64,000 nt of DNA. Origin: an uncultured delta proteobacterium (GTDB lineage Bacteria; Desulfobacterota; Binatia; UBA9968). Under the pieces are notes generated by a model. That model saw only the letters and a list, made by a program, of their open reading frames with translations, made no database searches and had not been told where the DNA came from. Positions within the stretch are counted from its first letter, which is position 1, and each line of letters begins with the position of its first letter. Shown piece by piece: positions 19,916 through 30,114 of the stretch. A program made the position numbers and the translations under genes. The stretch spans positions 92,399 to 156,398 of the forward strand of contig CAWDMI010000006.1 of the NCBI GenBank assembly GCA_963803415.1, given 5' to 3'.

Positions 19916-21493
19916 GTGGGAGAACTTTGTTTTGCTGACTTGCGTGAGTTTGTCGCCGAGCTTGAAAGGCAGGGGAAGCTCTACCGCTGGCGGCGTGCCG
20001 TTAACAAGGACACCGAGCTGATGCCGTTGATGCGCTTGCAGTACCGCGGGCTCGCGGATGAACAGCGCCAGGCGTTTCTCTTTGATCACGTGGTCAATTC
20101 CAAGGGCCGCACCTATGACATGAAAGTCCTCACCGGTGTTTACGGCGCGTCGCGGCCGATTGTGGCTCTGGGCATGGGATGCAAAGATGCCGGTGAAATT
20201 TATGAGAAATGGCAGCGCGCGGTCACGAAGCCGATTGACCCCGTGACCGTCAACCGGAGTCGCGCGCAAGAACAGATCCACATCGGGCCGGAGCTAGAAA
20301 AGGAAGGGCTCGCGATGCTGCCCGCGCCGGTCGAGGAACCGGGCTTTAGCGGTGGGATCCGGGTCACCGCGCCCGTTGTTACTCAAGATCCGGAAAGCGG
20401 AACGCGCAACGTAGGAATGTACAGCGGTCACTTTTTCGCGCCCGACCGCTTTCTAGCTGGCATCGCGCGCATTCACGACGCAATGCTTTATCATTTTCCC
20501 GTGGCGCGCCGCCGCGCCGAACCCTTGCCCGTTGCGATCGTCCTGGGCGCACTGCCCGATATCGCCTATGTCGCCGCCGCCAATATTCCTTATGGCATCG
20601 ACGAGCTGGGTGTCGCCGGCGCATTGCGGGGGCGCCCGGTCGAGATGGTGCCATGCAAGACGATCCCGTTGCAGGTGCCAGCCGAAGCTGAGATTGTGAT
20701 CGAGGGTGAATTATCGACGGAAGAGACCGAGCACGAGAGGCCGTTCAGCGATTACCCGGGTTATCTCATGGCCGAGGGCGCCAGCAAGCAGGTGGTCAGA
20801 GTCAAGGCGATCACCCACCGGCGCGACGCGCTTTTTACCGCGATCCTTGTCGGCTTGCCGCCGAGTGAGTCGAACGGCATCTCGCGCGCGTGCCGTGAAA
20901 TGATGCTGTATAGTTACCTGAAATATGGCTGCGGGCTGTCCGAGGTTTTGGAGGTTTGCTGTCCCGAAATGGGCGGCGGATGGAACTGGTGGGTGATTCG
21001 CATGCGTAAGACCCATCCGACCAAACCGACGCAGGTCTTGCACGCGGCTTCAAGCATGGGGGCGGCCAATAAAGTCATCATTGTCGTGGATGAAGACATT
21101 GACCCCAAGGATCACGAGATGGTGACGTGGGCGATGAGTTTCGCCATGCAGCCGCATCGCGACGTCCAGGTGATTACCGGCCGCTCACCGCTTCTCGATC
21201 CGTCGGCGCGCTCGCTCATGACCAATCCGGAGGAGCGAAGTTTTCCCCCGCCGGTCGGCTGCTCGGGAATGCTGATTGACGCGACGCGCAAGGGGCCGTT
21301 TCCGCCGGTGGGTTTGCCCAAGCGTCCCTTTATGGAGCAAGCGTTGAAAATCTGGCAAGAGGAGGGGCTGGCGCCTTTGCGACTCAGGAACCCCTGGTAT
21401 GGCTACCCATTGGGTTTATGGAACTCGGCGGACGACGAGTGGGCGGAGCGGGTGACACAGGGGAATTACTTTCGGATGTCAGAAAAAAAATAG
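19916..21493 (+). CDS. UbiD family prFMN-dependent (de)carboxylase, atypical active site
   Basis: DLREFVAELE, DPESGTRNVGMY, VPAEAEIVIEGE, ERPFSD, IIVVDEDIDP, IDAT. Confidence 0.88.
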   Translation: MGELCFADLREFVAELERQGKLYRWRRAVNKDTELMPLMRLQYRGLADEQRQAFLFDHVVNSKGRTYDMKVLTGVYGASRPIVALGMGCKDAGEIYEKWQRAVTKPIDPVTVNRSRAQEQIHIGPELEKEGLAMLPAPVEEPGFSGGIRVTAPVVTQDPESGTRNVGMYSGHFFAPDRFLAGIARIHDAMLYHFPVARRRAEPLPVAIVLGALPDIAYVAAANIPYGIDELGVAGALRGRPVEMVPCKTIPLQVPAEAEIVIEGELSTEETEHERPFSDYPGYLMAEGASKQVVRVKAITHRRDALFTAILVGLPPSESNGISRACREMMLYSYLKYGCGLSEVLEVCCPEMGGGWNWWVIRMRKTHPTKPTQVLHAASSMGAANKVIIVVDEDIDPKDHEMVTWAMSFAMQPHRDVQVITGRSPLLDPSARSLMTNPEERSFPPPVGCSGMLIDATRKGPFPPVGLPKRPFMEQALKIWQEEGLAPLRLRNPWYGYPLGLWNSADDEWAERVTQGNYFRMSEKK

Positions 21494-21601
21494 CAACCAT
21501 TGGAGGACCGATGGTTCATTGACCGCTTGGATCAGGAGTTCATGACTCAATTCGCGATCGACTAAGCATAGTTTAGACAAATCAAACAAAGGAGAAAAGA
21601 G

Positions 21602-22321
21602 ATGAAAAACGACGCCGCTGACAAGACTATAACCGAGCGAGTCCATATCTTCGATACTTTTGAGGCTCTGAAGAGGCGCGACGGCATCAGCGGGCGGGTG
21701 GACATGGCCAGGTCACCCAATAGTTACGTTGCCATCTTTCAGACTCGTCCGCGCGGGGGAGAAACGCATATCCACCAGCATCCCGATTCGGATCAAATTC
21801 TTTTCATTCTGAAGGGTGAGGTGACGGTCGAGGGGCTCGAAGGCAAATATGTCTTGAAGCCCAATCAAGGCGTCCTTATTCCCGCGGGTGTTCACTACGG
21901 GTTTACGAACACCACGCAGGAAGATGTGGTCTTTTTGACCATTCGCACCGAGTCCACGGGCGGGCGCAGGGTGGCCCATGTCGAGAACGTTCCCTCCGAT
22001 GTGAGGCTAAAGATTCCGGAAGCGGAGATCATGGCGCGAGGGATCGGGCGCCATATCTATGTTTACGCTATGGACCGCAAGACCTTTGGCGTTTCCACGC
22101 TCCTGCATGAAGACTGGAACAAGGCCTCTCTTCTGCGCATGCATTGCGACTATGAGATTAAAGATGGGTTCGTGGTTGCGACGCTTCCAGAGCGCTTCGT
22201 TCGCTGGTACCGGCTCGAGACGCTCACGGAAGCGGACTATAAGCTCCTTCCCGGAGAAGACAAAACTCGCGTGCGCGTCGACCTCAGTCCCTTGATTCGT
22301 CGGGAATCGGTGAACGCTTGA
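21602..22321 (+). CDS. Cupin domain protein with uncharacterised C-terminal domain
   Basis: HIHQHPDSDQILFILKG...IPAGVHYGFTN. Confidence 0.8.
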   Translation: MKNDAADKTITERVHIFDTFEALKRRDGISGRVDMARSPNSYVAIFQTRPRGGETHIHQHPDSDQILFILKGEVTVEGLEGKYVLKPNQGVLIPAGVHYGFTNTTQEDVVFLTIRTESTGGRRVAHVENVPSDVRLKIPEAEIMARGIGRHIYVYAMDRKTFGVSTLLHEDWNKASLLRMHCDYEIKDGFVVATLPERFVRWYRLETLTEADYKLLPGEDKTRVRVDLSPLIRRESVNA

Positions 22322-22332
22322 GGAGGTCGGAC

Positions 22333-23379
22333 ATGAAAATTGCATTAGTGGTTGCGTTACTGATAGGGCTTGTTGCCGCTCCGCTTAACTTTGTGACCGG
22401 GCAGGTCCCGAATCAGATCCTCGAAGGGGCCAAGCGCGAGGGCAGGCTCAAAGTGGGGATTACGGTCCGATGGGAGGAGGGGGGTAAGCCAGGCGCGAAA
22501 AGAATGGTTGAGGCGTTTCAAGCGCGTTATCCCTTCGTCAAGGTCGAATACGAGCGTGTCGGCGGCTCGAGGGAGCGAGAACGGGTCTTCACCGAGATGG
22601 CGGCCGGGAAGGTCACCTACGATGTTACCGCGTTGAGCCAGACACAGGTCCCGATTGCGTTAAAAGCCAACGTGGCTGAAATCATTGATTGGCGATCTCT
22701 GAAAATCCCGCCGCAGCACATCCATCCGGAAGGAGCCGGAGTGTACTACCGCCAGCAGCTATATGGCATCAGTTACAACCGAAAGCTCTTGCCTGAGTCG
22801 GTAGCGGAAAAATTCACCTGGGAGGATTGTGCGAATCCAAAATGGCGAAAAAAGGTGGCCATGGACACGCGACCGCGTCATCTGGAAATCTTCTGGCAGC
22901 CCCAAGTTTGGGGCCGGGAAAAGACCTTGGCTCATGCGCGCCAGCTCGCGGAGAATCAAACTGTTTTTGAGCGTGACCGCTCCGGAGCCATGACGAAGCT
23001 TGCTCTGGGGGAATACCCGATCGTCTGCGGCGCGTTTTATTCGAGCTACTACGAGCACACGCGCTCTGGAGGCAAAGAAAACATAGGCTTTCATTGGGCC
23101 GAGCCCATTCCCATCAACATGGGTGAAGTTGTCTTCGTGCCGAAGGGTGCGGCGCACCCGAACGCTGCCAGGCTTTGGATTCTTTGGTCTCTTTCCGAGG
23201 AGGGTCAAACCATTCTTGATGAGGTCGAGGGAAGCGCGAGCCCCTTCTTTCCCGGCACGCAGGCCGCACGCATCATCAAAGGGAAAAAAGTCGCCTGGTA
23301 CGAACCCAAGTGGAGTACAAAAGCCGACGAGATCTTGAACGAGATCATCGAAGCGCTCGGTCTTCCGGTCGCCCGCTAA
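22333..23379 (+). CDS. ABC transporter substrate-binding protein
   Basis: AGGAGG RBS; GAKREGRL, YNRKL, AAHPNAARLW. Confidence 0.88.
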   Translation: MKIALVVALLIGLVAAPLNFVTGQVPNQILEGAKREGRLKVGITVRWEEGGKPGAKRMVEAFQARYPFVKVEYERVGGSRERERVFTEMAAGKVTYDVTALSQTQVPIALKANVAEIIDWRSLKIPPQHIHPEGAGVYYRQQLYGISYNRKLLPESVAEKFTWEDCANPKWRKKVAMDTRPRHLEIFWQPQVWGREKTLAHARQLAENQTVFERDRSGAMTKLALGEYPIVCGAFYSSYYEHTRSGGKENIGFHWAEPIPINMGEVVFVPKGAAHPNAARLWILWSLSEEGQTILDEVEGSASPFFPGTQAARIIKGKKVAWYEPKWSTKADEILNEIIEALGLPVAR

Positions 23380-23385
23380 CTAAGC

Positions 23386-25110
23386 ATGAAACCAAGACTC
23401 CCCAGCGGGGAGACACTGTTCTTCTGTCTTATCGTCGCCATTCTCCTATGGCTGATCGCCATTCCCCTGTTACAGATGCTATTGAATAGCTTCCGTACGG
23501 GTCACCCGGCGGTGCCGGGCCCGTTTACGATCAAGAACTATCTCGCCGCCTACGGCAATCCGTTAACCTACCGAATGATTTTCAATACCCTTGTGTTTGC
23601 CAGCGGCGGCACGACTGTGACCCTTATCACCGCGGTCCTCTTTGCCTGGTTACTGGAGAGGACCGACATGCCGCTGCGAAATCTCTGCTGGACCCTCCTA
23701 TTAATTCCACTGGCCATGCCCGGGCTACTCTTTTCCATGGCTTACGTCTTTCTCTTCATGCCACAAAGCGGTGTCGTCAATGTCTTTTTGCGCCAGCTGC
23801 TGAGTACCGTGGGGACAGAGGTGTCGGACGGGCCGATCAACATCTATTCTCTGGGCGGGATGATTTTCTTGGATGGGGTCAGGGGGGTAACGACGGTGTT
23901 TCTTATCATTGTCGGCGCCTTTCGCATCATGGATCCGGCGTTGGAGGAAGCCTCGTCAAGCGCGGGAGCGCAGAGCTGGACCACGCTCCGGCGGGTCACC
24001 CTTCCGGTTTTGCGCCCGGCACTGCTGGCGGCACTGCTTTATGAATTTTCGTCGTCGATGGAGTCGTTTGAAGCTCCCCTGGTCGTGGGACTTCCCGGGC
24101 GTGTGTACGTCTACAGCACCATGATCTATATTTCCACCCGGGATGCGATACCCAATTACGGACTCGGCGCTGCATTTGCGGCGAGTTATTTCATCATGGC
24201 CCTGGTCCTGGTGTATTTCTATCAACGCGCTACCCTGCGTCAGCCGGAACGTTTTGCCACTGTGACCGGTAAGGCTTACCGGCCACGCGTCATTCAGTTG
24301 GGCGGATGGCGTTATCCTGCCCTGGGGATGTTTGTTCTCTACTTCACCGCGAGCGTTGTGCTTCCGCTCGCGGTGTTGTTCTGGGCTTCTCTTTTGCCCT
24401 CCTATCAACCGCCGTCTTGGCAAGCGCTCTCTCAACTCAGTTGGAAAAACTACCGCCTGGTCCTTACGGAGCCCGGAGTCTTTCGCGCTCTTTGGAATAC
24501 GTTCGTGATCACTTTCACGACGGCAACATTCACTGCGTGTCTCGCCTTTGCGGTTTCGTGGCTGGTTGTCCGGACGCGGATCAGAGGCCGCCTCGCTCTG
24601 GACGGATTTACGTTTGCCTCTCATGCCGTTCCCGGTGTGGTCGTTGCGCTCTCGTTTATATTGCTCTATCTGCGCCCGCCGTTTCGTTATTTGGGTCTTT
24701 ACGGCACGGTCTGGATCGTCTCCTTTGCGCTGATTGTGCAATATATTGCATTTGCAACTCGCACGACCAATGCGAGCGTGTTGCAGATCCACAAAGAATT
24801 AGAGGAAGCCGGCGAGGCCAGTGGCGCCAGCAGACTTCAAATCCTGGGTCAGATCACGTTCCCGTTGATACGGCCCGCGTTTGTCGCGTGTTGGATCTGG
24901 GTGGCGGCGCACGCGATGAGAGCTTTCTCCGTTCCTTTGATGTTAGCCGGTCGCGAGAATTGGCCGTTATCGGTGATGCTTTGGCATTTTTGGGATGAGG
25001 AGCAAAACTTGCCGGCGGCGTCCGCCATGGGCGTGATGCTGATTTTATTATTGAGCGTGTTCACATTTTCGGGTAGAGCTTTAACCGTGAAGGGATTTAC
25101 GCAACCGTGA
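23386..25110 (+). CDS. ABC transporter permease (FbpB-like)
   Basis: TM segments; LEEASSSAGA and LEEAGEASGA EAA loops. Confidence 0.92.
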   Translation: MKPRLPSGETLFFCLIVAILLWLIAIPLLQMLLNSFRTGHPAVPGPFTIKNYLAAYGNPLTYRMIFNTLVFASGGTTVTLITAVLFAWLLERTDMPLRNLCWTLLLIPLAMPGLLFSMAYVFLFMPQSGVVNVFLRQLLSTVGTEVSDGPINIYSLGGMIFLDGVRGVTTVFLIIVGAFRIMDPALEEASSSAGAQSWTTLRRVTLPVLRPALLAALLYEFSSSMESFEAPLVVGLPGRVYVYSTMIYISTRDAIPNYGLGAAFAASYFIMALVLVYFYQRATLRQPERFATVTGKAYRPRVIQLGGWRYPALGMFVLYFTASVVLPLAVLFWASLLPSYQPPSWQALSQLSWKNYRLVLTEPGVFRALWNTFVITFTTATFTACLAFAVSWLVVRTRIRGRLALDGFTFASHAVPGVVVALSFILLYLRPPFRYLGLYGTVWIVSFALIVQYIAFATRTTNASVLQIHKELEEAGEASGASRLQILGQITFPLIRPAFVACWIWVAAHAMRAFSVPLMLAGRENWPLSVMLWHFWDEEQNLPAASAMGVMLILLLSVFTFSGRALTVKGFTQP

Positions 25111-25180
25111 AATCTTCGCCAGCGAGCGCGGAGTTGGGACAAGTCCCGTGCAGGCTCTAGTCGGATGCAGGAGGTTTGCG

Positions 25181-26302
25181 ATGGAAATGATCGTGCGACA
25201 ACCGAGCTTGATCGGCAGTTTCGTCTTGTGTCTCGGGATTCTCATCTGCGGCGAGACGCGGGGAGATTGGAAGCAGGAGTGGGAACACACGCTCGCAGGC
25301 GCCAAAAAAGAAGGCCAGGTGAATATCTATATTTACCGCTATGAAAAGCTGCTGGAGGATTTTAAGAAAGACTATCCCGAGATCAAGGTGGTCTCGGTGA
25401 CGGGGAGGGGAAGTCAATTGACGACAAGGATCATCGCCGAGAGAAGGGCCGGCAAGTTTATCGCCGATGTCTATAGCGGCGGCGCGAACGGGAATTTCAA
25501 TTTTCTTTATAAAGGAAAAGCGCTCGATCCTATCAAGCCTGCGCTGATTCTTCCCGAGGTTGTCGATGAATCGAAGTGGTATGGGCATGAGCACCGCTAC
25601 GTGGATCCGGAAGGGCAGTACATCTTCGCCTATCTTGCGAACCCGAGTTCGGCTCAGCTCTGTTACAATTCCCAACTCGTGGACCCCAAGTCGTTCAATT
25701 CGTACTGGGACCTCGTGAACCCCAAGTGGAAAGGCAAAATTGTTTCGCTCGATCCCAGCGATACCGGATTGGGGGCGACCATGCAATTTCTGTATTATCA
25801 TCCTGAATTGGGCCGGGAGTTCATCAAGAAGTTTTTCGGATCGATGGAGATGACCTTCAGCAAAAACTTCACTCAGATGACCGACTGGCTCGCGCAGGGA
25901 AGATTCGCCTTGTGTATGGGCTGTAAAGACGTGGATCGGGCCAAGCATCAGGGATTGCCGGTGGACGGATTCGACACCAGCCTGTGGAAGGAGGGGGGGA
26001 GTTTTTCGACCGGCGGTGGCTCGCTGAGCCTCCTCAACCAGGCGCCTCATCCCAATGCGGCGAAAGTTTTTATTAACTGGTATCTCTCACCCAAAGGGCA
26101 ACTCGCCTTGCAGAGGTTCGGTGATCCGGACGATCCGGCAAATTCTCGCAGAATCGACATCTCGAAAACCGATGTGCCGGTTGGCAACCGCCTCGTCGAG
26201 GGAAGAAAGTATTTTGACGTTATTAAGCCGGAATATGCCGACATGAAGCCGATCTTCGATCTGGCGAAGGAAATCATGAAGGCGAACGAGCAGAAAAAAT
26301 AG
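25181..26302 (+). CDS. ABC transporter substrate-binding protein
   Basis: GAKKEGQV, LVNPKWKGKI, APHPNAAKVFINW; AGGAGG RBS. Confidence 0.9.
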   Translation: MEMIVRQPSLIGSFVLCLGILICGETRGDWKQEWEHTLAGAKKEGQVNIYIYRYEKLLEDFKKDYPEIKVVSVTGRGSQLTTRIIAERRAGKFIADVYSGGANGNFNFLYKGKALDPIKPALILPEVVDESKWYGHEHRYVDPEGQYIFAYLANPSSAQLCYNSQLVDPKSFNSYWDLVNPKWKGKIVSLDPSDTGLGATMQFLYYHPELGREFIKKFFGSMEMTFSKNFTQMTDWLAQGRFALCMGCKDVDRAKHQGLPVDGFDTSLWKEGGSFSTGGGSLSLLNQAPHPNAAKVFINWYLSPKGQLALQRFGDPDDPANSRRIDISKTDVPVGNRLVEGRKYFDVIKPEYADMKPIFDLAKEIMKANEQKK

Positions 26303-26575
26303 CTCGCAGTCCGAGAAACGGTTCGGTCACTTGAATGAACCTGGGGATTGTGGCGCGGGTATTACCGAATGATTTTTGGTTTGCTCATTTTTGTCGGGTG
26401 TCATAACCTTGCTTTCCTGAGAGCGGCTGGTGATCAACAAAAGGGGAAAGTCTTGACCTTGTTGAATGGGGCGTCACGGCGTGACGTTAACCCGCGAGCT
26501 CTTTGATTCGGCTTGCGCAGCGCCGAAATACAGAAGTAATCTCAGAAACCAAAGGCTTCAAGGAGGTAAGGTTGG

Positions 26576-27701
26576 ATGGCTGAAAAAATCGACCCCAAAA
26601 GCAAAGAGTATATTCCAGAGCGCTACGATACTTATCAACATTGGCAGGCGGCGCAAAAGATTCCGGTCGTCAAGGGCTTCTTTGTTGAGGACATCAATAC
26701 CGTGGAATTGGCTCCCTGGGATCTCAAAGGTGGAATGGCCTCGTTTGTCGTGCTTGACGGGACCGGCGGCATCAACGATGCGTATATCTGCGAGATTCCG
26801 CCGGGGGAAAAACTCAAACCGCAGAAACATCTCTATGAAGAGATGGTTTACGTGACCAAAGGACATGGGGCGACCACCGTTTGGCAGCAGGAGGGTAAGA
26901 AGCACACCTTCGAATGGGGACCGGGCAGCCTTTTTGCTGTGCCGTTGAACGCGCACTATCAACACTTCAACGCCAGCGGTACCGAACCGGCCAGATATTT
27001 TGCAGTCACGAACTCCTGTTTCATGATTAACCTTTTCCATAACGTGGACTTTATTTTTGGCGACGACTTTCCTTTTTTGGATCGTTTTGACCCGGCAACC
27101 GAAGGCTATTTCAGCGGCAACGGCGAATTATATGGCCGCTTTTTCATGTCGACCAATTTTGTTCCCGATACGCTCACCATCAAGCTGGCCGATTATAGTG
27201 AAAGAGGAAAGGGCAGTACGAACATGAAGTTCGATCTGGCCCGTCAAACCATGTGCGCGCATATCTCGGAGTTTCCGGTGGGCACATACAAGAAGGCGCA
27301 CCGGCACGGCCCCGGCGCGCACGTCATCATTTTAGAGCGGCCGCGGCTATTCGGTTCTATGGCCCCAAGACGAAGAGCCACGGCGGGTGGATTGGAAACC
27401 CGGCAGCGTTGTGGTTCCCCCGGACAGGTGGTTCCACCAACACTTCAACTCCGGAGCGCAGCCGGCGCGATACCTGGCGCTGCGCTGGAACAATTGGCGT
27501 TTTCGTTTTTTCAGGATGACCGATGAGGGCTCGACCTATACCAGCGTCAAAAAGGGTGGGGGGCAAATCGAATTTGAGGACGAGGATGCTGCGATTCACC
27601 GTGACTTTGAAGCGGCGATCAGAGCCGCGGGAGCCCAATGCCAAATGGGCTCGTACCATCCGGGGTGTACGTACAAGGTGGATAGCGTTCGATCCGCTTG
27701 A
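26576..27701 (+). CDS. Bicupin protein (paralog of 17548-18690), split by an apparent +1 frameshift at ~27335
   Basis: PQKHLYEE, YKKAHRHGPGAHVIIL, then next frame SGRGYSVLWP...VDWKPGS...WFHQHFN. Confidence 0.8.
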
Positions 27702-27719
27702 TGTGTCGAAAGGTGTCTC

Positions 27720-29456
27720 ATGGACTATACGTCGAGCGCGCGCGAGAGCAAAAGCACGATTGCATGGATGCCCCGCATCGATGCGGGCTTTTTGCTCATG
27801 GTATTCCTGATTGGAACTCTGGGTTTCTATATCGTCTACCCGCTCGTCCTCATTCTCATCAACAGCTTTAACGTCGCCACCATTGCGGATCCTCCGGTTT
27901 ACGGCTTGCAGGCGTGGAGAGAGGCTTTTAGCGAAAGGGGAATCTGGCAGTCTTTGTGGAACAGCGTCAAGATCGGTATCGTTGTGCAGATCGTGGCGTT
28001 TCCGCTGGGAATTTTTATCTCCTGGCTGCTCGCTCGCACCAATGTTCCCTGTGCCTACGGTTTCGAGTTTCTCTTCTGGGTCTCCTTTATCCTCCCCAAC
28101 CTGGCCACAACTTTTGGTTGGATCTTGATGCTGGATCCCAATACCGGGCTCATCAACGCCTGGCTCCGTTCGTTGCCTTTGATCGGGGGCCTGAATTTCA
28201 ACATCTACTCATTTTGGGGAATTATCTGGGCGCACTTGATGGCCAATGCGGTTTCCACAAAGGTGATGCTCATGACCCCTGCGTTCCGGCGCATGGATGC
28301 TGCAATGGAAGAAGCCAGCCGGATGTCAGGCGCCAACGTTCTCGTAACCATGCTGAGAATTACTGTGCCGGTCATGACGCCGGTCTTGGTGGTCGTGTTC
28401 TTGTTGAGCATCATTCGCATCTTCAGCAGCTTTGAAACCGAATTGCTTCTCGGGATTCCCTGGGGGTTCTATGTGTATTCGACAAAGATTGTCGACCTCG
28501 CGCGGCAAGAACCGCCGCTAGTTAGCCAAGCTGCAGCCCTCGGCAGTATTATCTTGCTGTTTTTGGCCGCTTTTATCCCACTCCAGAGAAAGCTGATCGC
28601 AAGGCGCCAGTTTACGACGGTCACAAGCCAGTTCAAACCTAAAATTATCGACCTGGGCCTGTGGCGATATCCGGCAACAGTATTTGTGGCGCTGGTAGTA
28701 TTTTTGTTAGATGTGGTCCCGGTGCTCAGCGTTGTGGGCGGAAGTTTCATGGTGCGATTCGGATTTTTCAACCTTCCCAGGACGTGGACTTTGGAGTACT
28801 GGCAAATGGCGCTTATCGATTCGCGTTTGCTCCTCGCTCTGAAGAACACGCTGTTCGTTGCCGGCGGTGCCGCGCTTATAGGCCCGATCCTTTTTTCCCT
28901 TGTGGGGTATGTGCTCGTGCGCACGCGGCTTCCCGGTCGAAGCCTGTTGGATTCCATCTGCTGGTTGCCATCGGCGGTTCCAGGGGTGCTGTCAGGTCTG
29001 GGTCTTCTGTGGATGTTTCTCGGCACACCGTTTTTCCGCCCCCTCTATGGAACCCTATTTCTGCTGCTGATCGCAACGATGCTGAGCGGCGTCACGCTCG
29101 CGACACAAATTTTCAAGGCGAATTTTGTCCAGCTGGGAAAGGAGCTTGAGGAAGCGTCGCGCATGTCGGGCGCCGGCTTCTGGCACACCTATGTTAAAAT
29201 CGTGATCCCTTTGATGATGCAGACGATGGTTTTGATCTCCGTCCTAAAATTCATGTTTGCGGCGCAACAGACTTCCAGCATCATCCTTCTTGCCACGTCG
29301 GAATCGCGCACGCTCTCGCTCCTTGCCCTGGATCAGGTCGCTTCCGGAGGGCGGGAAGTTGCAAGCATTACCGTTATTTTCATTATGGCGCTAACGCTCG
29401 GCGTGGCTCTGGTGGCCCGATCCTTCGGTTTGAAGGTCGGGATGAGGGCCGAGTGA
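27720..29456 (+). CDS. ABC transporter permease (FbpB-like)
   Basis: TM segments; MEEASRMSGA and LEEASRMSGA. Confidence 0.92.
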   Translation: MDYTSSARESKSTIAWMPRIDAGFLLMVFLIGTLGFYIVYPLVLILINSFNVATIADPPVYGLQAWREAFSERGIWQSLWNSVKIGIVVQIVAFPLGIFISWLLARTNVPCAYGFEFLFWVSFILPNLATTFGWILMLDPNTGLINAWLRSLPLIGGLNFNIYSFWGIIWAHLMANAVSTKVMLMTPAFRRMDAAMEEASRMSGANVLVTMLRITVPVMTPVLVVVFLLSIIRIFSSFETELLLGIPWGFYVYSTKIVDLARQEPPLVSQAAALGSIILLFLAAFIPLQRKLIARRQFTTVTSQFKPKIIDLGLWRYPATVFVALVVFLLDVVPVLSVVGGSFMVRFGFFNLPRTWTLEYWQMALIDSRLLLALKNTLFVAGGAALIGPILFSLVGYVLVRTRLPGRSLLDSICWLPSAVPGVLSGLGLLWMFLGTPFFRPLYGTLFLLLIATMLSGVTLATQIFKANFVQLGKELEEASRMSGAGFWHTYVKIVIPLMMQTMVLISVLKFMFAAQQTSSIILLATSESRTLSLLALDQVASGGREVASITVIFIMALTLGVALVARSFGLKVGMRAE

Positions 29457-29469
29457 CCGGTCGGACGGA

Positions 29470-30055
29470 TTAATGGCCCGGAGCAGAAACGTCTCGGGAT
29501 TTCTACTGTTGATTTGCCGGCATCCGGGACTGGTTCTTCTATTATCATCCGGATTTGGGACCGAAGTTCATGAAGCGCCTCTACAGTGAATCGGACATCA
29601 CGTTTTACCGTCAATATCCTCAGGCCGAGGACTGGCTCGCTGCTGGTAAATTCGCTCTTTGTCTTTGTCGCCACCAATCGATCAAGGAGGCCAAAGCCCA
29701 GGGTCTTCCCGTGGACCTCATGGACCCTCACAGCTTCAAAGAGGGCGTCGGAGTCGAGTCCCGCTCACGGAGCCTCGCCCTCATGAATAAGCCTCCTCAT
29801 CGCAACGCCGCCAGGGTGTTTGCGAACTGGCTTCTTTCCCGGGAGGGCCAGGAGGACTTTCAAAAAGTCTCGGCCCAGTTTGTTGCTTCCCGCGCGGCTG
29901 GATCACTGCGGGTGGATGTTCCGAAGGATAACCTCCCGCCGGCAAACAGACTCCTGCCCGGGGGAAAATATCGCTTAGAATGGCCGGAGCTGGCGGATAT
30001 CGCCCCGGTCCGAAAGGTCTTTGACGAGGCGCTGGCGGAAGCCGGGAAACAGTAG
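29470..30055 (+). pseudogene. 5'-truncated ABC substrate-binding protein
   Basis: Only the C-terminal half (FYYHPDLGPKF...PPHRNAARVFANW) is present; no signal peptide or N-lobe between the permease stop and this fragment. Confidence 0.75.
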
Positions 30056-30114
30056 TTGAATTCGTTCGAATTTCATACGAAAAACTTCGATTATACTAAC
30101 CAGGGGATACAATC

